From: the human T2T-CHM13v2.0 reference genome, Homo sapiens
DNA length: 64,000 nt
Strand: one strand, 5' to 3'
NCBI RefSeq assembly: GCF_009914755.1
Contig: NC_060939.1
In this document: in pieces, positions 45,251 through 58,685 of the stretch
How positions within the stretch are numbered: the first letter of the stretch is position 1
How the letters are laid out: each line of letters starts with the position of its first letter
The notes under the pieces: generated by a model
Database searches by the model: none
Seen by the model: the letters and a program-made list of their open reading frames with translations, nothing else
What the model was told of the DNA's origin: nothing
Made by a program: the position numbers and the translations under genes

Positions 45251-46639
45251 CCTTCATTCTCTGGGTCATTCCTCATGCTTTAGTTAGTTCCACTTCAGAA
45301 GGCCTTTGTTCGGGTATCACAGAAAAATTTCTCTTCCCTCAGTCAATTTTCCATTCCATTCCATTGGGACCAATCACAAGGCTAACCTTGGCCAATAAAT
45401 GCGCCGTAGCCTTGGAGACCCCTCCTTGAGCAGCTGAAGGGTGACCACACACCCAGCCAGCACCAGCACCAGCACCCCCACCTGGAGAGGTCCATTTCCT
45501 TAACATCCCAGCACAGGGACACCATGCTGTCCCCATAGCTGTGCACTACCAAGCCACCCACTTTTGCAGAGAAGGAAGCTGAGGGTTAGAGACCTCCACC
45601 AGGTACCCCAGGGGTTAGAGATGCAAGTGCCGGAGCCGGGGAGCCTGGAACTAGCTACTGAATCTCTCTCAGTTCATACCATAAATGGGAGCTCTGTCTA
45701 GTAAAGAAGACCGATGGCAAAGAAGAACTACATAAATAAATACATCATTATAATTCTGTGTCTACAAAATCATATGTATATAATAATGTGGCCACCTCCT
45801 GAGTTGGAATATGCACAACTCCTAAAGTCAATGCTCTCACGGAGGAGCCTGGGCCACTACCGGACGGGGCTGAGTGCCTGAGACAGCCTGCCTGTAGCCT
45901 TCATCTCAAGCCACTCAGCCTGAGTCAGGGCGGCTGCTCTGAGCCCACGTGGACGGCCCCACTCTGTCCTTGCCTCACCTCTGCAACCTGAGGCTTGGGG
46001 CCGTCTCTCAGTTCTGCCTTCCCATTGCCTGCTTCAACTGTCCACTGTCCACACTTGTCCCTTTGATGTCCCCCTTCAGCCATTCTGGGGAAACACTTTG
46101 TCGTGCCCTGTTGCCCCTGGGGCCTCACATCCCAAAGTGGGGCTCTTAGCCTGGTAAGATTCATTGCAGCCTCTCCGATGGGCACAGGGCCTAACTTCCA
46201 CTGTACACAGAGGGTCCCTCCTTCTTCCCCAGAGTATACATCCCTTCTCAGTAAGCCTGCCTTCCTCAAGCCCCAGAATTCAAGAGCAGTATAAAGAGCA
46301 ATTTGCATGCAATATAATGAAGATAGAACCTCTTGTTAATAGTCTTGCCCTGGTACTTCTAGGCTCTCATCTTATAAAAGTGTGTTGATTAAAATCCTTC
46401 AAAAACACTCCCTTGGGTATAGCTGTAAGGAGCCTCTAAACAGTGGGGGCAGTTGGGATCTTGACTGGGACCAGTATTGGGCTATCCTTGGTCTCACAGT
46501 AGAAGGTGATGTCATCTCCACCCTGAAAATAAACAGAGAACAAGAAAAAGAGGAGCTCGTTTCAGCCATTCTGACAAGGTGGGCTCTTGGTGGGGCAGGG
46601 ATTGCTTTTCCTAAGAGGCCAGGTATTAGCCAGACCAGA

Positions 46640-46805
46640 GCCTGGTGGCCCTTCTCATACCATGATGTGTATTTGAAGCTCCTGGGTGGGGCTTTTGTCA
46701 ACCTGCAGATTCCGGCTCAATAAGTCTAGGGCAGGGCCTGGGAGTCTGCATTTCTATCAAGCTCCCAGTAAATGCTCATGCTGCCAGTCTAGGGAGGATA
46801 CTTGC
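46640..46805. mobile_element. MER5-type (hAT-Charlie) element
   Basis: GCAGATTCC...AGTCTAGGGCAGGGCCTGGGAGTCTGCATTTCTATCAAGCTCCCAG. Confidence 0.75.
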
Positions 46806-46867
46806 TGGTAGCTTGTTGTTAGATACTTGTTAGTAGCTTGTTAGATACTTGTTAATAGCTTGTTAGA
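46797..46867. repeat. ~22-bp minisatellite x3 (GATACTTGTTAGTAGCTTGTTA)
   Basis: Units start at 46797, 46822, 46844. Confidence 0.85.
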
Positions 46868-48309
46868 AGGGCAGAACCCTGAGCCCCACATCAGACCTAT
46901 GAATGCAACCTGCCTGTCAACAAGATCCCTGGTGACCCCTGTGCATGTCACCATGTTAGAAGGCCAGTTTCTAGGGCTTGCCTGCATCCTGTGCCCACGA
47001 AAGACATCACTAATCAATCAGGACATTCTGATGAGAGTCAAGATCCTTGTCTACACAGTGCTGCCAGTGCCCCACCAATGCCTGAGAGGCAGCATGGGGA
47101 AGAAACTAAAAAGACTGAGAAGAATCAGCCCTGATACATGGCTAATGAAACAGGAGAGAGAGAAGCGAGTCGGGGCAGAGTTGGGTGTTCAGAAACCCAA
47201 AGCCAGATAGATTCCTAGAAGAAGCCCCAAAAGTGTCTGCTGTGTTGCAGTGAAGCATAAATACAAGTGAAGGGATGGGTGTTGGGGGAATGGAGCCTGG
47301 CATGAGCCAGAGAAGAGTCTGGAGCTGCTGAAAGCCGCCTGTAGCATAGATCAGAGAGAAGACCGGGAAGAAAGTTCTAGAAGGGTTGAGAAGCTGCCCG
47401 CCCAGCTGGAGGCTTCTTGGCCAGGGCTGAAGGAAGAGACTGAAGTCCATCTCCCTAGCAAGAAAGTCTCTCAAGTGACATAAACCGAGCATCCACCATA
47501 CGCCAGGCAGGGGCTGGCCCTGTCACATCAGCGATCTCAGTTGCATTTCTCATCCCATGAAGGAGGAACCATCATCTTCTACAGACGAGGAATCTGTGAC
47601 CAAGGGAGATGAAACAATGAGGCTGGCAAATGCCCCGTGGGAATCCTTCCCAGTCTACCCGCCTGCAAGGCTAAACTCCTAGGCTCATACACACTTATCC
47701 TTTGCCATTATTTATCCTTTTGCAATTCCTTTGCAAATTTCTATTGGGGGGTCTGGGTTGTCTTGTCTGTGAGAGGGACAGGTAGGGATGGGGATGAGGT
47801 GGGCACCCAGGGCCCAACAGAGCAGCCAGCTCAGGGGTGATGCCTCACAGCCAGTAGGACAAGGTTCTGGGCGGTGCTTTCTGTGAGCTTCATCAAGGGT
47901 CAGGCAGCAGTGGCGTCTTGTCTATCTTCTTGCAAATGTACTTGTCGCACCTCCACCTCACCTACCCCCATGACTCCCTTGCTGAGCAGGAATTACTACT
48001 CCCATCTTCAGAAAAGGAAACAGTGCTTGAAAAAGATTAGGCCCAATTTCTCCCTGAGCTGAGAACAGCACCCACATCTGTTTGATCTCAAAGCTAGGAA
48101 CCCATTTTAGGCTTATGGAGAAGCGAGTAGGCTTTTGTGGGCTAGCCTGGGCACTAATCACCAGTTCTAGCATCATGTCTGTGGTGCAACTGAAGTTTTG
48201 GGCACTGTACTGTGAACAAGCTCTTGCAATGCCATTTATTGCTAAGTTGGGAAATACCTGCTTCTCTCATAGAAGGAACTTCAGTGGCAACTTCCTACTC
48301 AACTTGGTC

Positions 48310-48343
48310 CTGTGACATCTAGTGGCCAACAGGAGAAGTGCAG
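48310..48343 (-). promoter_or_regulatory. CTCF motif (reverse) with upstream ZF9-11 module
   Basis: Minus strand CTGCACTTCT-CCTGT-TGGCCACTAGATGTCACAG: core with one G>T variant plus a TGCASTNCY upstream motif at ~5-bp spacing. Confidence 0.6.
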
Positions 48344-50039
48344 TGAAATCTCTGGACATTGTAAGCAGGTGGAAAAGCTTAGGACTTCCTGGGATTAAAA
48401 AAAAATGCGCTGAAATTCATGATAGCTGAAGTATCCATGGAATATAGAAGATGCACATTGACATGCACCTTATAAAGTCTATAATCCCATGTTTTGTTCC
48501 TAATATTCATGTTTATTTACTCTCACTGGTGGAAAATACACCATATCCAATTCATTGTCTCTTAATTGATGAACTATCTTTGCAAATAATATAATATATA
48601 ATACAATGTAATGTATAATAGAGTGTAATGTGATGCAAACTCAGTGCTTGCAGATATGCTCAATAATAAAGGACATTATAGGTATGAAAATACTATAGGT
48701 CACTAATTAATCTATTCCCCTGGGGGTGGAGTGTTTTAGAATCACCATAATGCCATATGAAACTAGATGAAAATATACATAAATAGGTTTCCTCTCTGCT
48801 ACATACATAACAGGCTTCCTGTCTGCCTAAACATGTTATAAGACATGATGTGCTTTATAGACGCTTTCTGATTACAGGGGAACCTCAAGAGTGCTGCCTG
48901 AGTAACTCTCATTACACAAAGACACAACTGCAAGAGGATCCCCAGGCATTCCCATGAGAACACAGATTCTGACAACCCCTCCATCCCCCACCTTGGTCTC
49001 CACCCCAGGACTCACATCATGGCAAAAATCCAAGGGAAGATTCTTGGGTAACTAATGCTCCTTTACAGGGGGTCCCGGATGAAGGGCAGGGGGAAAGTCT
49101 TGTCACTGTGGGGCTAGGATAGATGAACCCAAGAGTGATTTGCCAAACGTGCACATACTCAAATCATTTTTCAAACATTTTGGGTTTGGCAAAATGCATG
49201 TTGCTAAGCCCCCTTTCCCGACAGTGGTATACCCATGTGAATTTCAAGGGAAATTCAATGTGTGTGTTTCTGATTCTCTTAGGCTTATCTCAGGACAATT
49301 ATTTAGCAAGAACCACTTTGTGTCCAAGAATCTTCCTGAACCCTTTCTTTTGTAAGACCCCTTAAACAATTTTCCTTTTAACCAGGAAGTATGTTTTGTC
49401 TGGAGTAAATTGAACTGAAACCCCAAGAAGTGTGGTTCAAAATTCAGAATTCTTGAATTTTGAAGGAGATTGGAAAGTCTGCAAACAACTTCTCACATCA
49501 CTGAGACTGGCCGGTGGTGGTATTGAGGGGTGTGAAGTATTATGAGCAAAATTCACTGATTATATGGAGTGACATTTTGTTTACTTTAAAACAAAGTCTG
49601 ACTTCTTGCTGCCTGATTTGAGTGCTGGCCTGACCAAGTATCTTCCAGGTCTGGGTGACCCAGGGACTTTTTCAGTCACTCAATCTTTCTGAGTGTTGGT
49701 GCCTTCCTCAGTAGATGTGAGGACACAACTAACACCTATGAGCACCAGAGGATGGCAGCTCCACGGGGCTTTTGTACCAAAGAGATTCTCTTCCCTAGTA
49801 GGACCTCATCATCCAATGAATCAGTGAGCTTACTCCATTTATTCCATCCCAGAGCTAGTTTTTGTCTTTGTTTTTTAACATACTATAAACCTGAGCACAG
49901 CGCATCAAGGTTATTTGATTAAGGTCAAAATAACAGAGATGGTGATAAGAGTTTTATGTCTGTGCTGCTCCGTTTATACAAAAATGAGATCATTATTCCA
50001 CTTGAGTTAAAATTTTGCTCTTCTTGTCATAGCGATGGC

Positions 50040-50620
50040 CAACAGCCAGCTATGCTGCTTAGGATTAAGTTGGCCACATATAACAGAAAACCCAAATGGT
50101 GGGCTTTAATAATATAGGGATTTTCCTTTTTCTCACATGAAAAAAAAATCCAAGAAAAAATATCCAGGGATGAAGGGCTGGTTCCAGGGCCATCAGGGAC
50201 CCACGTTCTTCCTAAGTGTCTCTTCCAACTTCCTTACCATGGAACTTGCATTTCAGAATTGCATTATGGTTACATGATGGCTGCTGGAGACCCAGCTCTC
50301 ATGTCTGTGTTCCAGGCAGCAGAAAGGAAGAAGAGCCTTTCAGCTGACTCAGTCCCATGTAAAGAGTTTCTTTGGTCCTGAACTCCTGGCCTCAAGTGAT
50401 CCTCCCACTTCGACCTCCCAAAGTGCTGGGATTACAGGCATAAGCCACCATGCCTAAGAGCTTCTTTGGAAGCCCAAACCAAAAACTTCAGCTTATACTT
50501 CTGCAAGAGAGGCTGGGAAATATGTTTATCAAAGCCCACTACCACCCTCGATAACATGGGATTCCACTGGCAAGAAAGGAGAGAACTATTGGGTACTCAA
50601 CCAACTCTCTCGACCTTACC
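50040..50620 (-). mobile_element. MaLR LTR (MLT1J/K-like), interrupted by an Alu fragment
   Basis: ATAACAGAAAACCCAAAT...CCATCAGGGACCCA...GATGGCTGCTGGAG...CTGCAAGAGAGGCTGGGAAAT. Confidence 0.7.
50376..50455 (-). mobile_element. 80-bp tailless AluJ/FLAM 5' fragment with TSD
   Basis: Only ~nt 5-84 of the Alu left arm; flanked by AAGAG(T/C)TTCTTTGG at 50362-50375 and 50456-50469. Confidence 0.85.
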
Positions 50621-50708
50621 CTCCATGTTCTCTCCTGGCTGGGCCACAACTCTCATCCACTGGAAGACAGACCAAGGGGAAATCTCTGGCAGCTGTGAAC
50701 TGGCAGGC

Positions 50709-50784
50709 TGTGTGTGTGTGCATGTGTGTGTGTGCATGTGTGCATGCATGTGTATGTGTGTATGTGTGTGTGCATGTGTGTGTG
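50709..50784. repeat. (TG)n-rich alternating pyrimidine-purine tract, 76 bp
   Basis: TG repeats interrupted only by CA/TA dinucleotides. Confidence 0.95.
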
Positions 50785-51912
50785 GCTTCACTGGGGCCTG
50801 ACCCACAAATACCATGATGTCTCTTTGCTTTTATGTAATGAGTTCTCCGTTGGCTTCTGCCTGGTCCAAGACTGATTTGCCTCAGCCTAACATTGTGTAG
50901 TGAAGGCCTTTCCCAGGGCCAGAAAGGACTGGCAGGGCTGGAGAGAAAGCAGCTGGTGGAGCTGTGTGGTGGGCTGGCAGCTCCTTTCTCTTCACCTTGT
51001 TTGGGTGTTATCAGCTCCTCTTTCTCCAACCTGGGGTGCTCCTGCCTCGATATCATCAATCACTGATGGAAACTCGCAGGGAAAAGATTTGTTTGTGTGT
51101 TCCTTGAGGACAGAACAATGTTGTAGTATTTGATGGGTCTTAATATACGGTGAGCTTCAAAGCTAAGTAGTTGCCTATTCTAGTCAGGTTGAGGCGATAC
51201 CGAATGACTCACATGAAACATGGAATTGACTTCATTGATACCAGCAAGGAGGTGCTCACAGTGAAGTCAGCCCTCCCTCACCACAGGGGCACATGCCACC
51301 CCCATTTTGCAGCCAAAAAACCTGAAGTTAGGTCGCCTCCCTGAGTCACCCAAGCACTGGCCTGAGTGCTGCTGCACAGTGGGGTGACCGGGCTTCCCTA
51401 CATCAAAGAACTACCCTCAGCCCAGGGGCCTGGCTGTCTAGGAAGGGTTCAGAAGGCACACCCAAGACTCAGGCCCCTGCCTCAACTCCACAACAGTGAG
51501 GGAGGTGAGTAGACTGGGTGGGAGGGGCAGCTCTGCAGCTGGCCAGAGGCTGCGGGGACACAAGGGGTACTCAGCAGACCTGGGCGTCTCTCCACAAGGC
51601 TCAGGTACCAGATCTGAAATAACATGAAACACAGTAGGGGGTTCATCAACGTCATCATCATTATTCACTACGTTTGCTTCAGACCTCAACATCACCCACA
51701 GATGATTATGGGTTTAGAAATGGAATGAGGTTGAACTTAGGGGGTGACCACCTGACTTCTGTTTTATCTTTGTCTTTTATTCATGCTTCTTTTTACTGAG
51801 TGGTCATCCGCAAACAAGCCTGCAACATGACATGTCTTGGACTCAGCTCATTTGATGCACCAACAAGACAAACAGCAGACAACGGCAGCACCACAGAGCT
51901 GGAAACAAAATG

Positions 51913-51918
51913 AATAAA
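51913..51918 (+). terminator. Candidate polyadenylation signal AATAAA of an upstream transcript
   Basis: AATAAA ~110 nt after branch-like CTGAC (51752-51756), polypyrimidine tract and AG at 51799-51800. Confidence 0.3.
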
Positions 51919-52908
51919 TACTTTTTCACAATGAAATGAGCAGAGGGACTGTTGACTTGGGGGGCTCCCGCAAGCCAGAGACAAGTGGGGGGAACTTGCT
52001 GACTTCCAAGAAGAAAAGCCAGCAAAGAGGAACCAGTCTCCAGGAAGAATATGAAAATGAAGAGCTGGTATGTAGGTAGCACTTCTTGAGAGCCTTATCT
52101 TGCTTAAGCCTCCCCAAACACTGTAAAGTAAGTGGGAAGGAGATTATGGAAAAGAACACTGAAGTTCAGAGAGATCAATATCCCATCCAAGGGTGCATAG
52201 CTGGGACTCAGTTCAGGGATGTGAGCAGAAGGGGCTGGGCCTCTGCCATCTCCGATGCTCAGGCACCTCATCACTGAACCAAACACCCAGCAACCCACTG
52301 TGAGCAAAAATAAATCTTCCTCCTTCCCAGCCCCTGTGGTCCCTGCCTCTGAGGCCACAGCTAGGAGATATGGTTCCTAGGAAAGGCACAACGAAAAGGG
52401 ATACTCCCGCCATTTTTGACCTTCAAAGCCCTTCGTGTCTTCACTATGCCCTATGCAGCCCCAGTGACATGGGACCACCCTGGGTCATAGGTGCTCACCT
52501 GCTTGAAAGAATAGGTCAGAGGAATGTCAGAGAAGCCCCTCCTCCCTGCACTGCACCACCCACTCTCACACAGTCTGGCCTTAGTTTCTCGACCGATGGT
52601 GATGTCTGGGGCAAGTGTCTGCACGCCTCTGTTTACTCACCCGTAAAATGGGGAGAAGCGCATTTGCCTCCACCCCTCCTGCCGATGGGAGCAGAGGTAG
52701 AGCCTGCTTGTCTGGACAAGCCCAGAGCTAGGCCCATCCTCCTGACCTGCTCTCTGGGAGCCACCTACTGTGACAAAGTCTATGGCTGAGTGCTCCAGTC
52801 TGATCTCAGGCTCCCAGGATCACGTGGGTATCAAACGGAGGAGCTGCAGGTGAGCCAGTCGGCATCTTTGCAACTGGCTCCTGAGACCAGACGCCTCGGG
52901 TCACAAGG

Positions 52909-52923
52909 ATGTCTGAGTGTGAG
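52909..52923 (+). CDS. ALDH1A3: Candidate alternative first coding exon of ALDH1A3 (MSECE), phase-0 splice to exon 2
   Basis: AGG-ATG with A at -3; ATG TCT GAG TGT GAG|GTGAGG strong donor; in frame with exon 2. Confidence 0.45.
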
Positions 52924-54727
52924 GTGAGGTGGCTTTCATTCCTGACTTCATAGCCAACAAAGTGGTGACTGTCTATCTTTGACCAAACAGGCTCGACTAT
53001 CTTCCCTAAAGGAGCAGAGTTCTAAGCTCAACCCCATTTGCCTCCCCCATCAATCCAGCAATTATTTAATTAACACAGTTTCCTCTATAAATTTTATTTC
53101 AGATTTTTTTTTAAAATCCTGGCAGTGACATAATTTCAACCATCAAGGACCCCCGATAAAGTCTCAGGATGGGAGTTCAGTTTGTAAGGCATCCCTAGTT
53201 GCAGCTTCCTGGGGCCTGCTGCACACACTGGCCTTGGGCCCCTGGCCTCCATCCATGCAGGAGGGGTTTGTCACTACTCCCTGACGGTCCTCTTGGGCTC
53301 AGGCACCCAAACGCTAGGGCTCAGCACCCAGCCGGGGGCCGTGGCATAGCACATCTGCCCAGATGTTTTCAGGAGATCTGAGTGGGAGCCATGGGGCCAG
53401 CCAAGAGGGCAGGGAGCCCCGGATTTGCAGAAGCAGCTGAGGAAAGAGCTGGCATTGCTCAGACTCGCCAGTGTTAGCCAGCCGATATCGGTCAAGGCTG
53501 CCCCGCTCGAGGGTCCATTATCCCCTTTCCCCGGTCTCAGCTGTGCACTCCAGGCCATAACAGCACAAGACCTTTCCACAACCCCAGGGTAAGGGTCAGA
53601 TGTGGGGTTTCCAAAAGCTTCAAAACTTACCCCTCTATCCAGCACTATCCAGAAGGACACCAGGGGACAGAGAGATGGACACGGAGGCCTCAAAACAGGA
53701 AAATAAGGAGACCCCTCCCCATTGTTGATTACTTGGGGTTACCTACAGAAAGAGATGAACTGAAGGGGCTGAGCCTATCTGAGGATTAAAGCACAGCTTT
53801 TGTCAGGAGTCCGTGCCTCCGGTCTTTGTTCCAGCGACCTGAGGAATGGCATGCATCAGAAGCCGCTTCCGTGTCTCAGATGGGGCCTGGGTCAAGTCCT
53901 GGGAGTTGATGGAGCGTTTCCCAAATCGCAAAAGGAGAGGAGCTAGACTTACCTCCCCCTCCTGGGAAGTAATGCGCGACAAGAATTTAAACTCTTAAAA
54001 CGATTAGCAGCAAAGGTCTCATGTGCTTTTTTTTAATTATCATTTTTTAATCGAGGTATAATTTATGCATTTAAAAAATCAGATCAATTGCCCCCCGGGC
54101 TCTGGGATGGAAGGCGGTGTGCGCCTGCGAAGGTCAGAGGCCCAGCGGCGCCAGGGCTCCTCGGCGGAGAGCCGCCCGGGTCCGGCGCTTTGCTTTCGCC
54201 TTCTGCCCCACCGCGGGCGAAGCCCCAGGGCCCCGGGGAGACTCCAGGCCGGCTGGGCCGGGGTGCGCCCGCCGGCTGTCCGCGCTCGGGCAGGGTGGGG
54301 CGCAGCGGGCGTCTGTCCTGCTAGCGGGGATCGGGCGGCTGGACCCAAGAGCAGGGCACGTGCGCAGCGACGCGGGGCGGCCCCGCCAGGAGCCCCGACC
54401 CGGGCGCGGCGCAGGGCCCGGCGGAGAGCGCGCATTCCCGAGCGCCGCGAGCCGGCCGAAGTCGGGCGAGCGCGCCGTGCGGCGGCTGGGAGTGGGCTGC
54501 AGGTGCCGCGCGGGGAGCCCGCCCGACTTCGGGGAGGCAGCGGGGCGCCGTGGCCCCGCGGCTCAGCTCCCTGCCGGGTCGGGTGTCCCAGCCCTGCGAC
54601 TTCCGGGGCCCGGCGGCTCCTCGGGGAGCTCGTCCACAGGCAGCCTCCGGGGCGAGAGAGCGCGCGGCGCGGGCGCCGGGACGGTCCGCGGCACGCGGGT
54701 GGAGCCGCCGGCGCTCGGGCTCCCGCA

Positions 54728-55271
<544 letters not shown>

Positions 55272-58200
55272 TGAGCCTCGAAGCCGGGAAACCGAGGCCG
55301 TCCAGCGCCCGCGCGGGGCCGGGCCGCCCGCATCCCTGCGAGGCCCCGACGTGTCCCTGCGCTGCCCGCTTTGATCGCGAGTGGAGGTGCGCGCCGCGTT
55401 GACTCGGAGCGCGCTGGTTTTGGGGAGCTCCCTCCCCAAAAACCCCTGCGATGATTTCCAGGGTGGACGAGTCTGGCTTTGAGAGGGTCGGAGGGTCCGA
55501 GAGCGCCAAGAGAGAGTCCGGGAGGCAGATGGCGGAGCTGCAGTTGGAAGACTGGGGAAGCGGGTCCTCCGAGCAAAGCGCAGCGGGCGCCTTCCGTGCT
55601 TAGTTTATACCCGGCTCAGCAGCAGAACGAGGAGGAGTAGGAAGGTGCTCGCTTACTGACGAAACCTCCCCGGAGCCCAGAGGTCCCGGTGTTTACACAC
55701 AAGGCGCGCGCTCCGGAAGGTCGCAGACCTGGGCCTTTGGGAAGCGGTGGGTCGCGAGGCCGCAGAAGCGCACGGTTCTCTGCCTCCTCGCTCTGTGGGC
55801 TGGGAGGCTACAGCGTTGGCAGAACGGCGAGATTACCTGCCCGGGGCAGAAAGGAATAAAAGAAGATGGTGAGGCCTCCGAGGCCTCTGAGCTGGGGCTG
55901 AGGAGGGCCGAGAGACCCGGGTCCGGGAGCGCGACCCGATGGAGGACACCCCCAGGCTGTCTGGCGTGCGCGTCTGTCGTGGGCCGGTGCTGGGGCACTT
56001 TAGAGGCACAGGCCAGGCCGAGAGCCATTGCCTTAACTTTCCCCACCTTTGGCTTCTCTTGATTTTTGCTTTTACCCATAGCCCCCAACTCCAGCTGACA
56101 CCGCACTTAGAGAATTTCCTCATCCGTTTTACTTTAAGAAGTAGCAATTATCTTTCTCAAAGAATTTTAATCAAGCGGAGAAAGTTGCAGGGCACTATGT
56201 GTGGCCTTCAGATTTGGGTCTCTTGGCACTTAATTCCCAATGTCGGCTGAGCCTCTGATCACAAGACATTTAAATTAACTGTTTTCAGAAGGCTCTGTAA
56301 TCAACAAAGACACGTCGCTGTAAACTAAACGCTGGAAATTATTCTTAATGTAGTTTTATTTGTAATATCAGCTTCAGAGTGAAAATTCCAACACGAATTC
56401 TGGGAAGAGTGAAAATGGTACCCGAATTTTGTAAGACCCTAACCCCAGGTGCTTGGCTGCTGCTACTGATGGTTAAGTGGGGAGGTTGTTTGTTTTCTTT
56501 TGGTTGTACAGGATTTCAAAATACTATATATAGAAACCAGACAGTAAATGTATTATGGTCCTTTTACTTTTTATGTTTTTGAGTCCTATCAGCAATCTGA
56601 CCACATACAAAAAGTTTACCTCTTTCTCTATGATTTTTAGGACACTTTTAAAGTGTAGATGTAGCCCTTATGGAGACCTTAGACAATTCACAGAGCAATG
56701 GTTGCCTGTTGTCTTGGTGGGTGCGCAACCTTTGCCAGTTAAAGGGAACCAGTGCAGGAATGAGGCTGAGGGAAGCTGGTGGATCGGCCTGGAGTGCTGG
56801 GATCTTGAGTGGTCTCCCAGGCGATAAAGGCCCCAACTGCCTGACACCGGCTGCTGGCTCCTCACCCGTTGGGGGACTGTGCTGCTGCCTGCTCTGTCCT
56901 GGCTCCTGGCCCATCTCTGCAGAGACCTCCCCATAGCAGTTGTGGACCCAGGCAGCTTGTGTGGCTGAGGGTGGCCAACCAGTGCCCTGGCACAGTCCTC
57001 AGGGAGACTGGACTGGAGAGGCGGCCGAGAGTGAGGCCACCAAGAGTGCCTGCCGAGGGAAGGAGCGGGATAAACTGAAGTGCAGGACTGAGGCCCAGAG
57101 TGGGCGAGTGGCCCGGCAGGTGGGTGGCCTGGCAGGAGAGCAGACGGTGGAGCATGGGAGCCAGCAGTGGTCTGCTATTTTCCAAAATTGACTCATGGTG
57201 CTTCTCGATAATGGGGCACACACCAGAGTTGGTCCATCTGAGCCCTAGCCCCGGCAGTGCCATTTCCCAGGGTGGTCCAACTTTCAGGATGACTTTGTCA
57301 AAGCCCCTTCATTTGTCCTCACATGTTAACATTTCATTCTCTAGGGTCATGCTGTGTGATTCTGGAGAGCTGAGAGCCCCTCCAGGGTCCCCACACAGAT
57401 CTCAGAGGATAGAAGTCCCTTCTAATTTAGAGGGCCTCTTTCTTTCCTTATAAAATTTCTTCCAGTAGCAGGGATTCTCTTCAAAGTTTTCTGATTTTTA
57501 AAACACCGGTTTTTATTATCTCTCTTATGAAAAATAAAATTCCCCCAAATCTCCTTTTCTGAAAACATATTCTTTTTGAATTTAGCTGAGTGGCCTGTTG
57601 TCAGATGGAAGTTACGGGAAATCGGCATCAATAGGATTCACTTGTATGACTGTCATCTTCACCTCTGCCTGAGACACCTTACAGCTCTGTCCTGCTTCCA
57701 TGTCATTCTGTTCCTTTTGTAAAATGTGAACCAGGTCTACAGCTCAATGTAGCTTAATGCTATACCTCTATAAGGTTTGTTGTATGCTAATCCACAAATC
57801 AAAGACAACAATTCCTTCTAGACCCTTTACCCTGATTTGGAGTTCAAAACAATACAGCCAGCATAATCAGTAGACCATATTTATATACCCTTTCCTTATA
57901 TTTGTGCTTTTGTTTTGTTTTAATGGAGAGAAAAATCAACAGTAGAAACCACTTACAAGATTACTTACTACTGTAGTGTGGTATAAAGTAAAAGATTTTA
58001 CAAAATTAAAAACATAGTGATGGGAAAATATGGTTAGAGTCAAACAGTCTGATTTTTTTTTAAGGTTGCTGGTTACAGATCAATGTCATGAACAAACAGT
58101 AATTTTTTTTGGAGGAGCATGCTTGGAGATGAAGTATAGCAGTATAGCAGACATCCGATCATTGTAATCTGTTTTCAGCCCCCTTATTTATATTCTCTTC

Positions 58201-58685
58201 TGCCACCTTCTCATTTTCCCTCCCCCTTGGAGTTGATACCAGGAAGGACCTAGAATCAGCAATTTTCACTGACAGTCTCTATTATCTAACCCACGAAATT
58301 TCATCTTTCTACAAATGGCCCCCTCTTCCTGGCTGCACTTTCCTCCCCGCACTAACTTAACTCTTCTTCCTCAGTTATTAATTTCTCGCTGTTACCAAGT
58401 GATGACTTGCTGGATGGCAAAAGTGAACTCTTGGATTTAGTTTCAGCTGGAAGAATAAACCTGTAATTGTAGCCTGGCCTTTTCCTGGTGCGCTTCCCTG
58501 GGGGCCTGGCCTCACATTGGAGACGCTAAGCTTCCAGAAGCCAGACAGGCAAATCCCAATGGTGACCGATGCTCTCAGTTCTGGATTCCAAACTGGGGGG
58601 CAGCTGGTCTCTGCTCACCTGCCCAGCCAGAGTCTGCCTCCTGTGCTTGGTCCCCAACCGACTCAGACCAGGCTTCCTCACTATG

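Noticed and set aside
51812-51837. p53 half-sites AAACAAGCCT and TGACATGTCT
   Set aside because: 6-bp spacer and a mismatch; much weaker than the 52704 element
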